From: Phoronis australis
Lineage: Eukaryota > Animalia > Phoronida
Reading direction: 5' to 3'
DNA length: 64,000 bases
Assembly: GCA_002633005.1 (NCBI GenBank)
Contig: NMRA01000592.1
Span: forward strand, 134,855-198,854
In this document: one piece after another, positions 46,251 to 59,950 of the stretch
Numbering within the stretch: the stretch's first letter is position 1
Layout of the letters: every line of letters begins with the position of its first letter
Position numbers and translations under genes: made by a program
Notes under the pieces: generated by a model
What the model was told of the DNA's origin: nothing
The model's input: the letters and a program-made list of their open reading frames with translations, nothing else
Database searches by the model: none

Positions 46251-47249
46251 ACAAATACAAAATAAGTAAGGTCTGCCTGGAATAAAACAATTGTGATTTA
46301 TTTTCCAGAACTGAAATTCTAAATCAATTTTAATCGATTTAAAAATCGATATCATACCAGTAAAACAGTTTGTGGTTGAAGTAGAGTTGCTGTAAACCAC
46401 TTTCCACTATTTTCTTGGCCTTTTTCTGTGTGGTTTTCTGTCCTTTCAAAAGGCGGCAGCACATGACGACCATAGGTGTCATTATAAAATGGCTGCCGAA
46501 AACCAATGCACAGTTGAACAACTCGGCTTAAGTAAAAGAAAACGTTTGAATCAACGAATACTATATATTTGTGAGAGTTAAATCAAGTCCTATTCAGATC
46601 ATAACTTTGAAGTGGAATAATTGGGTGAGTAAGACAACAAGCCGGTTTTATGCTTAGGCGGACGACTATAGGGTTTCGGAGTGTACTAGTTTCACGAGGT
46701 TATGAGCAAAACTACCAGGTCGGTGTGAAATTTCGTCTATGTGATGTTAACAGAATGGTTCCTAGTTGTGGTTTGACGCTTAAAAATCTTCATATAATAC
46801 TAATACACAGCTGGCTAGTCTAGTCAGACAGGTCAACGGCGTCAACGCCAACGGCAACAATGAACAGAGACAGACTGGGACTAAGTTAGAGTGGAACCCA
46901 TAAGCCTACACAAGAAAGAGAAATTTAATTTAAAAATGGTACACTGTTTTTGTCCTTTGTTGATTGCTATGCCATCTTCCCATTTGTTCAAAGAAAGGCA
47001 AGCCCAAAGAATCGTCGGAACTGTTTCCAAAATGGGACATCTCCGTTTTGACCTTCGTAGCAGACGACAAGGTGTTGTTAACTAAAAGCTCTCTTCGATT
47101 TGTACGAAGGCTCGTGATCATTGAATATTTCGCATATTTTGACAATTTAATATATGTTTAGTTATATTTTCATCTTTTTAACATTTTAAAAATACGTTTT
47201 AGTCAAAATTCAGAAATAGTTAATTATACGAAAATATTCGTTATTAACT

Positions 47250-47342
47250 TATCGCGGAAAACTTCCGTTTAACCACCTTTATTCAAAATAGCGGCAAGTT
47301 GAAAGTAAACAACAGCAGACCACTGTGTACACCGAGCTGGGG
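47250..47342 (+). promoter_or_regulatory. Probable promoter and non-coding first exon of an unidentified divergent gene
   Basis: Paired ETS-like cggaaa/cttccg motifs at about 47255-47267, aaatagcggc, and a consensus donor GG|GTAAGT at 47343 in a CpG-enriched patch. Confidence 0.4.
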
Positions 47343-48296
47343 GTAAGTTAGGATCGCTACATCATTACGCATGTGTTATGAAATAAAACATGCTCTCAAC
47401 TCACTACGCTATGATTTGGTCATCTGCAATCTAAAACGTTAAATTTGGGTAAATTTCAATTTCTGAAAGATCGACAGCAAGCATTATCATTAACAATTAT
47501 GTCGAAGGAAAGTGTTGCAGAAGCGGTACATGCGTGTAACTGGTTGAGCCAACGAACAATTGTCTGATGGCGTGCTCTTCAGGGAGGCATTTAGGAATAC
47601 GACGCCATCGACGGAAGCATAAGAACTTGATCTTCACAACAATAAAATGGTGCTAGTCGAATATGGCGATTAGTTGTCCTGATGTTGGGAATCAGGCAAT
47701 CTTTGAATAACAGACTGGTTATAAGTGGGTGTCTGACTGACTATCTACACTATAGTTTACCCTTTTCGACATCTTTTCACATTACTATCAAGTTCTGTAG
47801 ATTTTCTGCAAAAGCTTGTGCTGAATCTGCAGGGAGTGTACTATAGTACTAATGGAACAAGATGGTTTTACTGTAAGCTTTAGTTTTGTATGACTTAGTA
47901 ATCACTTTTATATTGATGGTTTGGCTAAAAATTTTCAAGCGAAAAAAACATGAAAATGTATTGCCATGGTTGATACCTTATGACTCAAATCTCCTAAAGC
48001 ATGCTTCTGGATGTCACTGTAAATTTCTGACAGGTACTAATTTAATTTAAAAATCACTATTTTCACTAATTATATACATTTTTCAAAATGCACTTCATCT
48101 GCTTCCCCGTCTGTTCTCTACACTGTATGTGAGTTGATCCACCAGCATCCTGTTTGACAGCTTTAGTGGTTCTCCTTGTGTATTTTGCCAATCAGTTGTT
48201 TGAGTAACAGAAAGCTCAACTCGTTCAGACTTTCCTACCAATGAACATTGGCCTTTTTGATGTCTTTGATACATTACCAGTAATTTAGTTTTTTTA

Positions 48297-48551
48297 GCTG
48301 CATTTCTCCATTGTTAGCTGGCTCAAAATGAAAATTGGCCTTTTACGCTCATAAAAGTGGTCACATAATATTATTTACCATGGTAGGATTCGATTTCCGA
48401 TTTCTGTTACTAACCACATTGAAGCCTTCAGTGAATCAACAAAACACTTCAGAGCTTATTGGAGTTGGTAGCATATAAATCTTATCTTGCTGCTTTAAAG
48501 GAATTATCAAGTTTTCATTTTTAGCCAGGTAAACGGGATGAAATGCATCTT
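48297..48551. mobile_element. MITE family B (AGCTGCATTT terminus); related ends at about 20092, 32289 and 37013
   Basis: agctgcatttctccattgttagctggctcaaaatgaaa on the left, tttcatttttagccaggtaaacgggatgaaatgcatct on the right. Confidence 0.65.
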
Positions 48552-49731
48552 TGAATCCATTGCACTTGTATTAACTGTACAATTTACTTGCATATATGTA
48601 TTAAAAACATATCTTGCCAGTCATATTTTCTTATTCCAATGTCAATTTATTTTGGTTAGCTGACCAACACAACTGTTTCCTTGAATATTGTTTTGTAAAT
48701 TTAATCATTGAGCATTCCCATTACAGGATTATTGCCCGCACACCTTCACCTTCCACGTTCACAGAAGATGTATTGTCTTCTGCCTCTGCTGCTTCAAATT
48801 TTGCCATCCATGTTCTTATACTTTCCTTGTGTGCCATTCATTGAACAAGGTGGCACACGTCTAGTACTAGTTGTTTGTATTTGAGACTTGTTTATTCAAC
48901 AAAAATTGTATTGGGCTCCATCGTGGGTATACTGTTGCTATCAGATTAGAAAATTGGTTGTCCGCATAGGTTGGCAATATTATTGTATTACTGTAAGAAC
49001 TAGTTGAGAGTTTTCTGCAGAATGCAGTGGTACCTTGTTGGATGAAAATCTGAATAATTTGAATATGACAATCCCTTACTTGAGGCTCTTAGAGTCGGCA
49101 ATCCTCAACTGATTGAATTAATGAGTTAAAACTACTGTAAACAATATCAGGAAACAATTAACATGGATAACTGGTTGACTGAAAGTACACTGACAATGCT
49201 ATGATTCCTAGCTTTTCAGTGTTTCGGCAAATCTTGTAGGTGGACTGTACTAAATAACTTGTGACATTGCAAGAAAACATGGCTAGCATGGGAAATCACT
49301 CTTCAAGTGGGATTTAACATACACCTTAAATGTAAATGATCAAAGAATATCAAAAAGGACAAAAGTTCATTGACAAGTCAGTTTGGTTTTGTAGGGTTTT
49401 GTTTTTTTACTTTCACTCAAGAGCTATTTCTTCCTTCCTAAGATAACTTCCAGTAGGTACTAGTAACTTACCTAGGAGCATTGCCAACCCTATGGCTGTA
49501 GCATGGGTTGGTGAACCTGTGTTTGCTCATCATAGAGAAAACAAAGATAAGGTCATTGTGAAATGGTAGTACTGTCTTGCTTAATTTTGTTTTAGTATTG
49601 GATTATGATATCTGATACATTTCTTTTTTATTTCCAGGTTTTTTAGGTGATAAAGGTTGAAGGGAATGTCAAAAAGAAATAAGAGAGGTAACTTTTCATT
49701 CCTTTTTGTAGTTGATGGTGCTTTCTTCATC

Positions 49732-50100
49732 AGGCCCTTTCATGCTGCCTTAACTCTGGTTGAGAGGAGCGTCAATGAAAACTGCAGTTAGTTGAACTGT
49801 TCAGCTTCATTAGTTAACGTAGGTGACACTGTCGTCATCAAAGTAATTGAGAATGTCGTATCATCCTTCACCCTCCTTTGCAAAGCAATGCAAGTTGAGT
49901 ATGGGAACAAAACAATCCCGATTGCATTGGCCCTGAAGTTGACCATTCATACCATCTCAAAGCATCTACGCTATGCCATAAAATCCACCTGTTTCCTGAG
50001 AAATTAACTAGCACTGTTAACTTCAGTCCCAGACCGATGATAGGGTTCTTACTGACAGCAACTCTCCAAAACATTGGTCCACCTTAATATGAAAGGACCT
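49732..50100. mobile_element. Degenerate reverse-orientation copy of the Harbinger-type MITE at 23182
   Basis: aggccctttcat...atatgaaaggacct. Its 5' part matches the reverse complement of 23620-23692. Another left end lies at about 17301. Confidence 0.7.
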
Positions 50101-53100
50101 CTACATTTGTGCTCATAAGTATGTAAACCTATTGTCCCTAAGATTACATGTGTTGTACCTGTAGACAGCAATCCTCAGTACTATCAATAGCACCTTTTGT
50201 GTCTGGGTCTGAGTTTATGGGACATTTACACAGTGCATTGCATTCAACCCTGTCATTAGCTCCTCTTGCAAATTGCCACTTTCTTTTCAGCTGCAGATGT
50301 AGGCTTGTGATCCCAATTTCAAGATCACATCACACTTGTTCATTGATGACTGAACTCATTAGAAGAGACAGCAGAATGACCCACTCAGTATATTAACAGC
50401 TAGTTTGTTATTGTATACAGAGCTGCCCATCAGCTTTGGATCCTTTTGTCACCAGCCTAACACATACAATATCCTACTGTTCACTTCATTGACTTAGAGT
50501 TATGATTTAACAAGTGGTAATCAATAGAGGATTGAGTTGGAGTCATTCTAATAGAAGCAGTGAGGTAGACTGCAGGAGGGCATGGTTGGAGGTTAGTGTT
50601 CACTGTGTACCTTGAGTTTCAGGGCATTAGGAAACTCATGCTTTGAACACCCAGTTTATTTTGCAAGTACCGTTATTTGCCTATCTAGTCATAAGTCTCT
50701 AGCAAATGTAAGCTAATCCAAATTATACAGAACCTTACTCTCACACTTAAGTCTGTTTCTAGATTATCCAAACTTTGGTGATGTAGGAGTCTAAAGTATG
50801 TACGGTACATGTATCTGTAAGAGAGAGAGGGAGGGTCAGGGAGAGAGAGATCATTTCTAGTACTTGCATTTCTTGCCTGCCGTGAGCACATCTTTCATCT
50901 ACCTGACAAAGTTTCATTTGAAACATGTTAATAACATGTCATTTCCTTCTTCACAATATGTTTGTACAAAGTTGGTCATGAATGAACTCTTTTGTCACCT
51001 GCTCTATGTACCAGCTATTATAGGTATATGCTGTATTTCATCAATCGATGTATTCGAGCCTGACAAGCCGACATTGCCTACTTACATTTTCTTGGTGCAT
51101 GACTTAGTTTCCATTCAGTTTTTGTGGGGCTTATATTATATGTAGACAGTGCAGTTTTACCTCAACTTTACACAGCAGGGTGCGTTACTGCCAAATTGTC
51201 AGTGGTTTGTTTCTTGGCTGGACATGAACTGACCATGCAATTCAATATTCACTCTGGTACTAGTAAAATGTCCAAGAGTCAATGATTGCCTTGAGTGTTA
51301 ATGTTTTTGCCTCTCATCATGGTGGTACACCTGTCAAAAACAAAATTTTGATGCATTATTACTTCAGACCAGGCTCATTAAGTTTGGTTGTCGTGGTGGG
51401 TTTCTTTCACTCAGATGGCGTTCAGGGGAATTCCAGCCCTTTTATTCTAACTAATTTTAATAAAGGATAAATATACGATTTTTTACAACAGAGCAAGATT
51501 TAGGAGCTTCAGGTACTCAAATTCTAATGTTTCATCTTCGAATGAGTTTAAATTCCACTGTTGTACTGAGACATTTGGGGAAAGCTCTTTTTCATACAGG
51601 TGCTTGAAAAATGAATGAATTTAACCTGTAGCATATGGGTTTTACTTTCATCCTTAAGTACATGTTCTGTTTTTATGTTACCAAGACAGTTTCCTTATTT
51701 CAAGGATATTTGTCATCCTTAAATTAACAATGTGTGACTGAAGTGTAGTAAAACAGGAGACACGGAATAATTTTCACTGGTTTTGCCTGGCTGTGCACAC
51801 ATCTTTGGAGCTTGATGCCTTTCTTGCACTCACAAAAAGTCTACAGACGAAAAATGAAAACTTGTGAGTCCGTTCACATAAAAAGCACTATACATGTCCA
51901 CGGAAACTTTAATCTGTCTCTTATTTTGACACTTTGACTTCTGCCGAAGAGGGATAGCGAAAAAAGGTGGCGAAAACACAAAATTGACTGTTTTCTGCTC
52001 CGCACCACCACTTCCTTGCCAATGCTCGGTATGAGCCAACATTAGATTCTGAAAGCAAATTTGTACAGATTCAAGAATTTTGGTCCAAAAATGCTGCCAT
52101 CCAGTCAAATGTTTAAATTCTGCATTGTTTGAGAGCTATCCGAAACCACTGCAGATTCCCTAGTCTTTGAGAAACAATGCAACAATCCTATAGGGGTTTA
52201 CCATTATGAAGAAAGGTGTGATAATGTCTGCAGCCAAGCTATTGGACTTTTTTTATTTAGCAAGCCAGATTCACTGAACCTACAAATAATGCGTACCTCA
52301 AAACCTCCAGCCAAATCTGGTCTACCCAAAGAAATTGATTTGTAATTCAGTGCAAATTCTCTGTGTGTGTACTACCAGGCAAAACCTTGTCAGAGCTCAA
52401 CATAGTGTCTCCTGCGCACTCACTGCTAAGTCCCAATGTTGTGAAACATGTAATAATGTGTACGGTATAGAAATATTCCTAGATTGCGCAGGACACGACA
52501 AGAATTCCAACATAGCCCAACAATGTAGTCTGAATTGTTAACAATCTTTATAGGCGTGATATCAAAATTATATTGAACTTGTTAAAATGATGTTAGCTTT
52601 CTCATTTTAATGGGGAAAATGTGTTATTCCCATTACTTTTGGTCTAGATTATTAATACTGACGGAACTCAACCATGTGAACAAATCTTGATTTAAACAAA
52701 TTTCTGTAGTTTAGGTTACCATGCTACAGCACCGTGTGCCATTATTTATCAATACATACAATTGATTTTTAAACTTGCAAAGCCGGAACATTGGACTCAC
52801 ACTTAGCCCAATTCCAGCATTGTTGAGTTAATTTAATGTAAAAATTCATACAGTCCTGCATGAAGTAGGAATATTCCTACATTGCCCCTGCAGATTTCAA
52901 CATTGCCCACATTCCTACATAGAGGGGAACATTAGCACAGCTGGTGCTGAGTGATAACCCTTGATCACAATTGTCTGGTTACTGGAAGGTCACAGTTTGG
53001 ATGAGAAGTACAACCCACTGTGACCTTCTTCGGAGTCTTATCACTGACACTTTTTCATCTTCAGCTTGTCATTCTACCCATCTGTTTGTTGTGTGGGCAC

Positions 53101-54202
53101 CTATTGTGTGTAGTTTTATCTCAGTCAAGAACTATCTCCTCAGGACATTCTCCAGTCTTCATGTTACACACAACTGAGCTCCCATGTTAACAACCCCAGT
53201 TTCAGCCACTGGCCATGCCCTAGTTTTGCAACTGTTTGGAAACTGTGTAAATGTACCTCAATTTATATTGTTTTGTAAATATTAAATGAAAGTCATAGAG
53301 TTGGTTGTGTAAACCAGACAAACATATCTGCTGCTATCTGTTGCTAGTGGCTGTGTGTTCACCAGACACTATCACCCTGGGGCCTTTCTGTATGATGAAA
53401 ACCTACAACTGCTTCACACATTGTAAACAAACTGGTGGTTTTATTTAAGTACTAAGGCCAACTATTGAGTTCCAATGTACACAGTGGTGTAATGCAGAGT
53501 TATAACCTTTCTACCAGTTTCTTTAATTAACAAACGCCAAAGCATTACAAACGCCCATTTGGTTTAACTCCAAACAACAGAGGATGTTCTAAATCCAAGG
53601 TAACCCTTATCTATTGTTAGTGTTCCCATGCTGTGGTGTCCAGCATCACCACTCACTCCTAGGCCAGTTATCTACAAGGGTTCAAAGAATTACTAAAACC
53701 ATTCATGGCTGGGACAGGGTACCTAAGAACTGAAACCTAACACATCTATTTTGGCTAACTTGTATGGTATTTCTATAGGTGAAAGTGATCCTAACTTAAC
53801 TTTTTCATGAGGAATTCAATTGCAGAAGCCATTTCAAAAAATTACCAGTTTTAGTCAATATGTATAATCTGTCTACACTAATGCAGTAATTGCTAACTCC
53901 ACACAATTAGTCCGCTATAGATCAGACTTCCTGATTAACAGTCTTCTTGACAATAGCCATACAAGGTACAAAGATTTAGATTAAGTACAAAGCAGGGACT
54001 CATTTAAAATTTGAAAAGCAGCAGTTCAAATTAGAGAGATTGGCCACGTCATGTGGCTGGAGCTTTCATATGAAACAACGGATTGTAAATTTCAGTGAAA
54101 TTTTTTAATCAAAAAAGTTAAAATTCTTGGTTTGCTTGCCGTTTTTGCTGAGGTTGTCTTGACGCAGATTGTTTTTTCATTCTCTTGGCTGTGCCATCCA
54201 AG

Positions 54203-54317
54203 CTGTCATTTTTAACTCTGACCGTCGTTTTTAACGCTGACCGTCATTTTTAACTCTGGCCGTCATTTTTAACTCTGACTGTCATTTTTAACTCTGACCG
54301 TCATTTTTAACTCTGAT
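54203..54317. repeat. Minisatellite, 19-bp unit, about 6 copies
   Basis: (ccgtcatttttaactctga)n. Confidence 0.92.
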
Positions 54318-57300
54318 AGTCACAATGATGGCCATGACTGCAGCTAGATGAGTCTCGTACAAGGTGCCCAAGCTTTTAGTGTTGTCACAGTTTGATGTGT
54401 GGGTCATCCAGGTTATCCCAAGTAGGTATTCCGAAAATGTAAGATATGCAATTTTTAAATTTGAGTTATTGTCAGATAAGCAGTGAAAAGTGCTTATATC
54501 TGTAGAATGGTGAATATTTAAAAAAATCATACGATAATATCACAACAGGTGTTATTGACTGTGACATCTGCTCATATCTCAGATGACATCAAGGTTAAGT
54601 TTTCATACCGCATCGAAGCATCAAATGTTTTGCTTTTAATCCATCTGTTTACTGAAGTTGGTTGTTCATACTCCCCAATATCATTGCCCTATTGCTGGGT
54701 GTGCTAGCTCAGCAGGGGTATTCTGACAAATTATATTTCACTTAATATGTACCCTCTGTGGTAAAACAGTTTTTGAAAGTAATTGTTAAATTGTTATTGA
54801 TTGCATATAGTAATTAGTAATTGGCATGTTTGTGTACAGATATGTTCTATTGGAAGCTGGTTTCCCATACAGTTAACTTCGCTACTATTGAAGCTTTGCT
54901 GTTAACTATGATTAACTGCGAAATTAGTGTAAGTTTTCAAATCAACTTTGGAGTTATAACATTATCGCAAGGTGGTGCCAATATGATCTTGGCCTGTATA
55001 GTGAGCTATATATAATAATTACATGTAATTTATTTCATTGGGTGTGTATACGTTCTTACGCCTGACTGTTTTTGTCCTTGCCATCGAAAATGGCAAGAAC
55101 CTCCCCCCTCGTCACACAGACACGAGGACGTCATCTTCAGAAGGCAACCAACGGTTGAGATGAAAAAGTTTCATGACATTTAACGTTTGCAGCATGCCCA
55201 TATATAGGCGGTGTGACGTTTGTCGGGAACTCCGGCGCACACAAAATGTTCAGTGATTTTCTTATCATTTTTAATGAAAGAATCTAGCAAGCACGTGGAC
55301 ACATTGAAACAATGCTTATACTGCCAAAATAACAAATATTGTAACAAAATACTAATAAATATTAACCGGTTACTGCCCGCTGTTGGCGAATTAACCCAGT
55401 GACACCTGCCGTTAAGTTCGATGGCGTCGAAGTTAAGTGTTCTAATTAAACTGAAGCATCGACGCTTCACTGTTAATCCACCTCATAACTTCAGAGTTAA
55501 CTAACACTGTTAACTTGGATAAAAGATTGAAGTTAAGTGTTCCTTTTGACCGAAGCTTCGGTAGAATTGAAGCTTCAGAGACAGTGGGAAAGGCCTTTAC
55601 GAAAGTAATCAGTTCTCTGGAGTGCTGCAATACAAAAGCTGTCTCTGCAGGTACAATAGTTTTTGCTTCACAGACAGCTGTTTAGGAAAGCCAAACAGAA
55701 AGAAGTGTATAAAGGTCACTGTGTCTTATGTATCTGAGTAATTAATCCAATTTCCATTACAGTCTGAAAACATGAATGTTAAGTCATCTCATGAGAGTTT
55801 AATCAGAATTTCATTATTTTATTTTCTCTGGTCACCAAGAAGTGTGAAAAAATATGTAGTGGTACAGTGGTTGTTTTTTGAATTGAAAACTCTTGTGCTC
55901 TAGGTGTCTTTCACATTTGCGAATGTACAATTTTCCTCTTAACACCCTATTAGCTTAAACTCTGCTGAAAGTTTGCCTTTCAGATTTGAATCGTAAATTA
56001 GTTATCTGGCACTCTTCAGCCTAATTCAAACTGACCAATCACATTCTTCTTTTGTGCCAGTGTCTTTGAATGATTCTAACATGTATCTGATGGATTGGTT
56101 TAATCTTGACCAGAATTGGAGGCGGCTTGTGTTTACTCAGCAACTTCTTAAGTGGACAAGCATAGATAGATTAGATTGAAGATGTTTTGGTCTAGGTATA
56201 CCGAGCTGAGTTTAAGGTCCCATTATGCTAACGTAGTACAGAACAGATTCAGTTTTAATAAATTCAGTACAACACTTGTTCTTGTCTATGACTAAAGGCA
56301 TATTATATTCTGGTGGTGTTGTTCCACAACCCATCATAACAACGAAAAAAAAAACTTTCCTGAGATTACTTTAATCAGAAATTTGGCAAAATAAAATTTC
56401 CACTAAACTGTGTCTGGAACTGAAGACTTCTGTGTAGTGCCACTCAATAAGGTTAGCCATTATTTCATAATGTCTCTTAACAACCCATCCAGTCTTATGT
56501 CAGCTTGCACACCATTACTCAGATGCAGATATCCTGCATGAAGATGATGTCAAGTGGTCTTGTTTACAGCGCCATGACCGATGTTTTGGTTTCAAATCAT
56601 CTGACTTGTGATTAACGTATGGTCTACCTTAAATTATAAATTGTTGGCTTTATTCTTACACTCATATTACTGTTCCTACAGTTATTGGATTAGGACAAAT
56701 GACAGTAGTTTGGTAAGTCTTTAATTTTGTTTGGAAGATCAAATGCATAATTGTAAGACTACTGTACATTTGAGCTGTGAATACTTTTCCCCAGGGCGTC
56801 AAGAGGCTATACCTGGTTTGGGGGCATTCTCTATTCATGGCTTGTGCAGGAAAATATTTGCTTTTTGTCTATTCATGTCCAGTTATTTTAACTGTGCAAT
56901 CATTACTGGGTTTGAATAAATGGGGTCAAATCCAGCCACAAAGGTTTTTGAGTTAGGCACTAGTGTTCAGGACATATGACTAAAGGTGATATTAGGTGTG
57001 AAACGGACTATTGTCCTGTAATGGGTTTGAGAGAACTCTGGTATTTTTGCATAGAGAAGTAGGTAGTAGGAAAAGACTAATGTTTGTGAAAATTGTGAGT
57101 AATAATTATGAAGGACTTTAGAAAATGTCTGTATTTGGCTAACTTTGAACATTGCATATTAAAAATGGCTTATGGAATTCATATGAAGCTTTCAGATACG
57201 ATGCGTTCTGCAGTGTTCTCCAAAATGCTAGGATTGTTTTTAAAATGTTCTGCTTTATGCATGAAGGGTTATCAGAAAATACCGGTAGGTCTTTTACAAT

Positions 57301-58547
57301 ATTCTGTGCATAAAACCAAGTTGAAATGGTGTTTTAGAAAACCGATATATCACCTTGAACGTTTATATCAAAAAATTTTTTCTGGTAATGTTTTTTATGA
57401 ATGTGCCTTTCTTTTTCACTAAATTTTACTGAAAAGACATGATCTTGTGACCTAATTATTGAGAGATTGGTATAAAATCAAAAATCAAATTCTACTGGCT
57501 TTCTGCCTTCAGAGCATATTATGTACTTTTACAGACTAGACTTTGGAAGTGGCAGACTTCATTTATTTGCCACAGAATGTGAAGGAAAAGAGACTTTTAT
57601 TTTGTCACGTATCTCAACAAAATTAAACATCACACACTGGAGGACTGTCCTAAAACAGCAGTTTTATAAAACTGATGAATGTAAGTCCACATTTAAAACA
57701 ACAAAAATGACTCTTTAATGATTATTTTTGTGCTGGTAAACTGAAGAATTGACATTCTTAAGGTTACCACAGTAATTGTTGGGCGGCCCATTAAAATGCA
57801 TCCTTACAAGGCATTTCCAACAATCAGTTTCATTTGACCAACCAAAATATGATACTATATTACCAGGACTGGTGAAACTTTAGCTTCCTTTTTAGAAGAC
57901 TGGAAGTACAAACTTACTGATTTAACAGCTTCAAGTTATATTCCACAACTTGACACCAAAGTTTTGAGCAGTCATAGACATTCATAGTGATGTTAAAACA
58001 TTGGAAAATGGAAAGGTCAATTTTGGAATTATTTTTGTCCAGAGAGGTAAGCTGGTTTCTCTTCCTTATCAGTTAAACCTGGAAACAATATACTTGTGTT
58101 GGTTCTGAGAGATCAAAGCAACCATTGAATGTGCACACACAGCAGAAGTGGCTGCAAACTGACAACTCTGTGTTGACTATGGCCTATTGAGCCAACTCTT
58201 TCACAAGTGTTAATAGTGTCTGTGGTACAGCTTTTATACCTTGAACTTGTATTTGTTCTGTGTAATCTCTCATCAAAATAAGTTGAGTAAGAGCTACAAA
58301 ACCTTGTGAATACCTGACTGAGTGAGTAGAATATCTGTTGAAGAGATTTGCCTCTTTTCTGGGCTGTTGTAAAGATCCCAAGCAAATCTTTGTATTACAA
58401 ATACTGTTCAGCAAGTTGTAATCCTTTTTGAGGTTCTTCACATATTTTATACAAGTTCCTTGAAGTTGACTGGTGTTTGGTATACTTTCCCATTTCCAGA
58501 AACCCCTTTTTCCAGTCCATTTTTGATCCGAAATTCAAGAATTCCAG

Positions 58548-59236
58548 TGACTGTTCTTTTCAGGCATCAGGTGCTTGCTGATGTGATTCTGTCTTGTGAT
58601 GTACTTTTAGGATCGTTAGATATCATGCTTACTATGATACTGACTACATTTATTTTCAGGCATCAGATACACTGCTTGCTATGGTACTGATTACTTGTAT
58701 TTTCAAGCATCAGTGCCTGGTTGTATGAAACAGTCCCAAATATGGACTTGACTAAGGTCTCTCCCTATATCTAATGTGTATTTGTGGACTTGTGAAAACA
58801 TGGATTCTTCGTTTCTCATGCGATTTCAGTTTCATTACCAGGTCAAGTTTCGGCTTTGATACACAGCGACAGTGAATTCTGCATTGAATTCTCAATATTA
58901 TTGAAAATGAGTAGGATTCTTTCCATACAACCCCCCCCCCCCTAATTTAAAGATTAAAAGTCCCTGTTTATATTCATTGAATTTAGGGCTCAAGTTTTAT
59001 TTGTATTATTAGAGAATGTCCTTTAGGAGTTCACAGTAAAGATAATGTGATAGAAAAGGTCAGTAAGTAAAAAATGACTCAAATATGCAAAAGATTTAGG
59101 AAACTTAGTTGAGTACCTTGTTGGGACTGTTTCATGCAACCGGCCACTGATATCCTGCTTGCTATGATACTGACTACATGTATTTTCAGGCATCACATAT
59201 CCTGCTTTCTGTGCTACTGACTATGTGTATTTTCAT
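58548..59236. repeat. ~47-bp tandem unit in two clusters (58548-58712, 59149-59236)
   Basis: gatatc(a/c)tgctt(a/g)ctatgatactgactacat(t/g)tattttcaggcatca repeated. Confidence 0.75.
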
Positions 59237-59489
59237 GTAATGAGACTGTCACTCATTACCAGTGAACAGTTCTGACATGTCAGTCAAGCTAATAATTCCA
59301 AAACTCAGAAGTTCGAAATCTGCCGTTAACATTTTTGTAATTCCCCAATATTTGTCCCCTGCCTATCTACACCATAAGGTGACAAAAGAGGCGATTAGAC
59401 CTACAATTTGAACGAATATTCGATTTCTCTGTATTTTTCTTGTAGTGGATGGGACTAGTGCTGAACTTTTGTTATTAGTTCAGAGCTTT

Positions 59490-59950
59490 GTGGCCACCTC
59501 TGGGCTACACTGTTACCAGGGGAGAGCTATGTGTACCACCTCTAGGCTACATTGTTATCTGTGGATAGCTATACTAGTGGCCACCTCTGGGCAACATTGT
59601 TATTAGCACAGTGCATAGCTATACTAGTGGCCACCTATGGGCTACATTGCTATCACTGGGTAACTGTGTAGCCACCTCTGGACTACATTGTTATCTGTGG
59701 ATAGCTATACTAGTGGCCACCTCTGGGCTACATTGTTATCACTGGGTAACTGTGTAGCCACCTCTGGACTTCATTGTTATCACTGGGTAACTGTGTAGCC
59801 ACCTCTGGACTACATTGTTATCTGTGGATAGCTATACTAGTGGCCACCTCTGGGCTTCATTGTTACCAATGGGTAGCTCTGTTCAAGCAAAGTATCTCCC
59901 TCTGATATGTGGCTACCTCAGTATTACATTATCAGTGGGTAACTCTGTTT
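59490..59950. repeat. Minisatellite, mostly 41-45-bp units, about 10 copies in two variants
   Basis: Core gt(g/a)gccacctctgg(g/a)ctacattgttatc followed by tgtggatagctatacta or actgggtaactgt. Confidence 0.92.

Noticed and set aside
59490-59950. CRISPR-like repeat-spacer array
   Set aside because: The variable parts are two recurring tails, not unique spacers; eukaryotic context with no cas genes.
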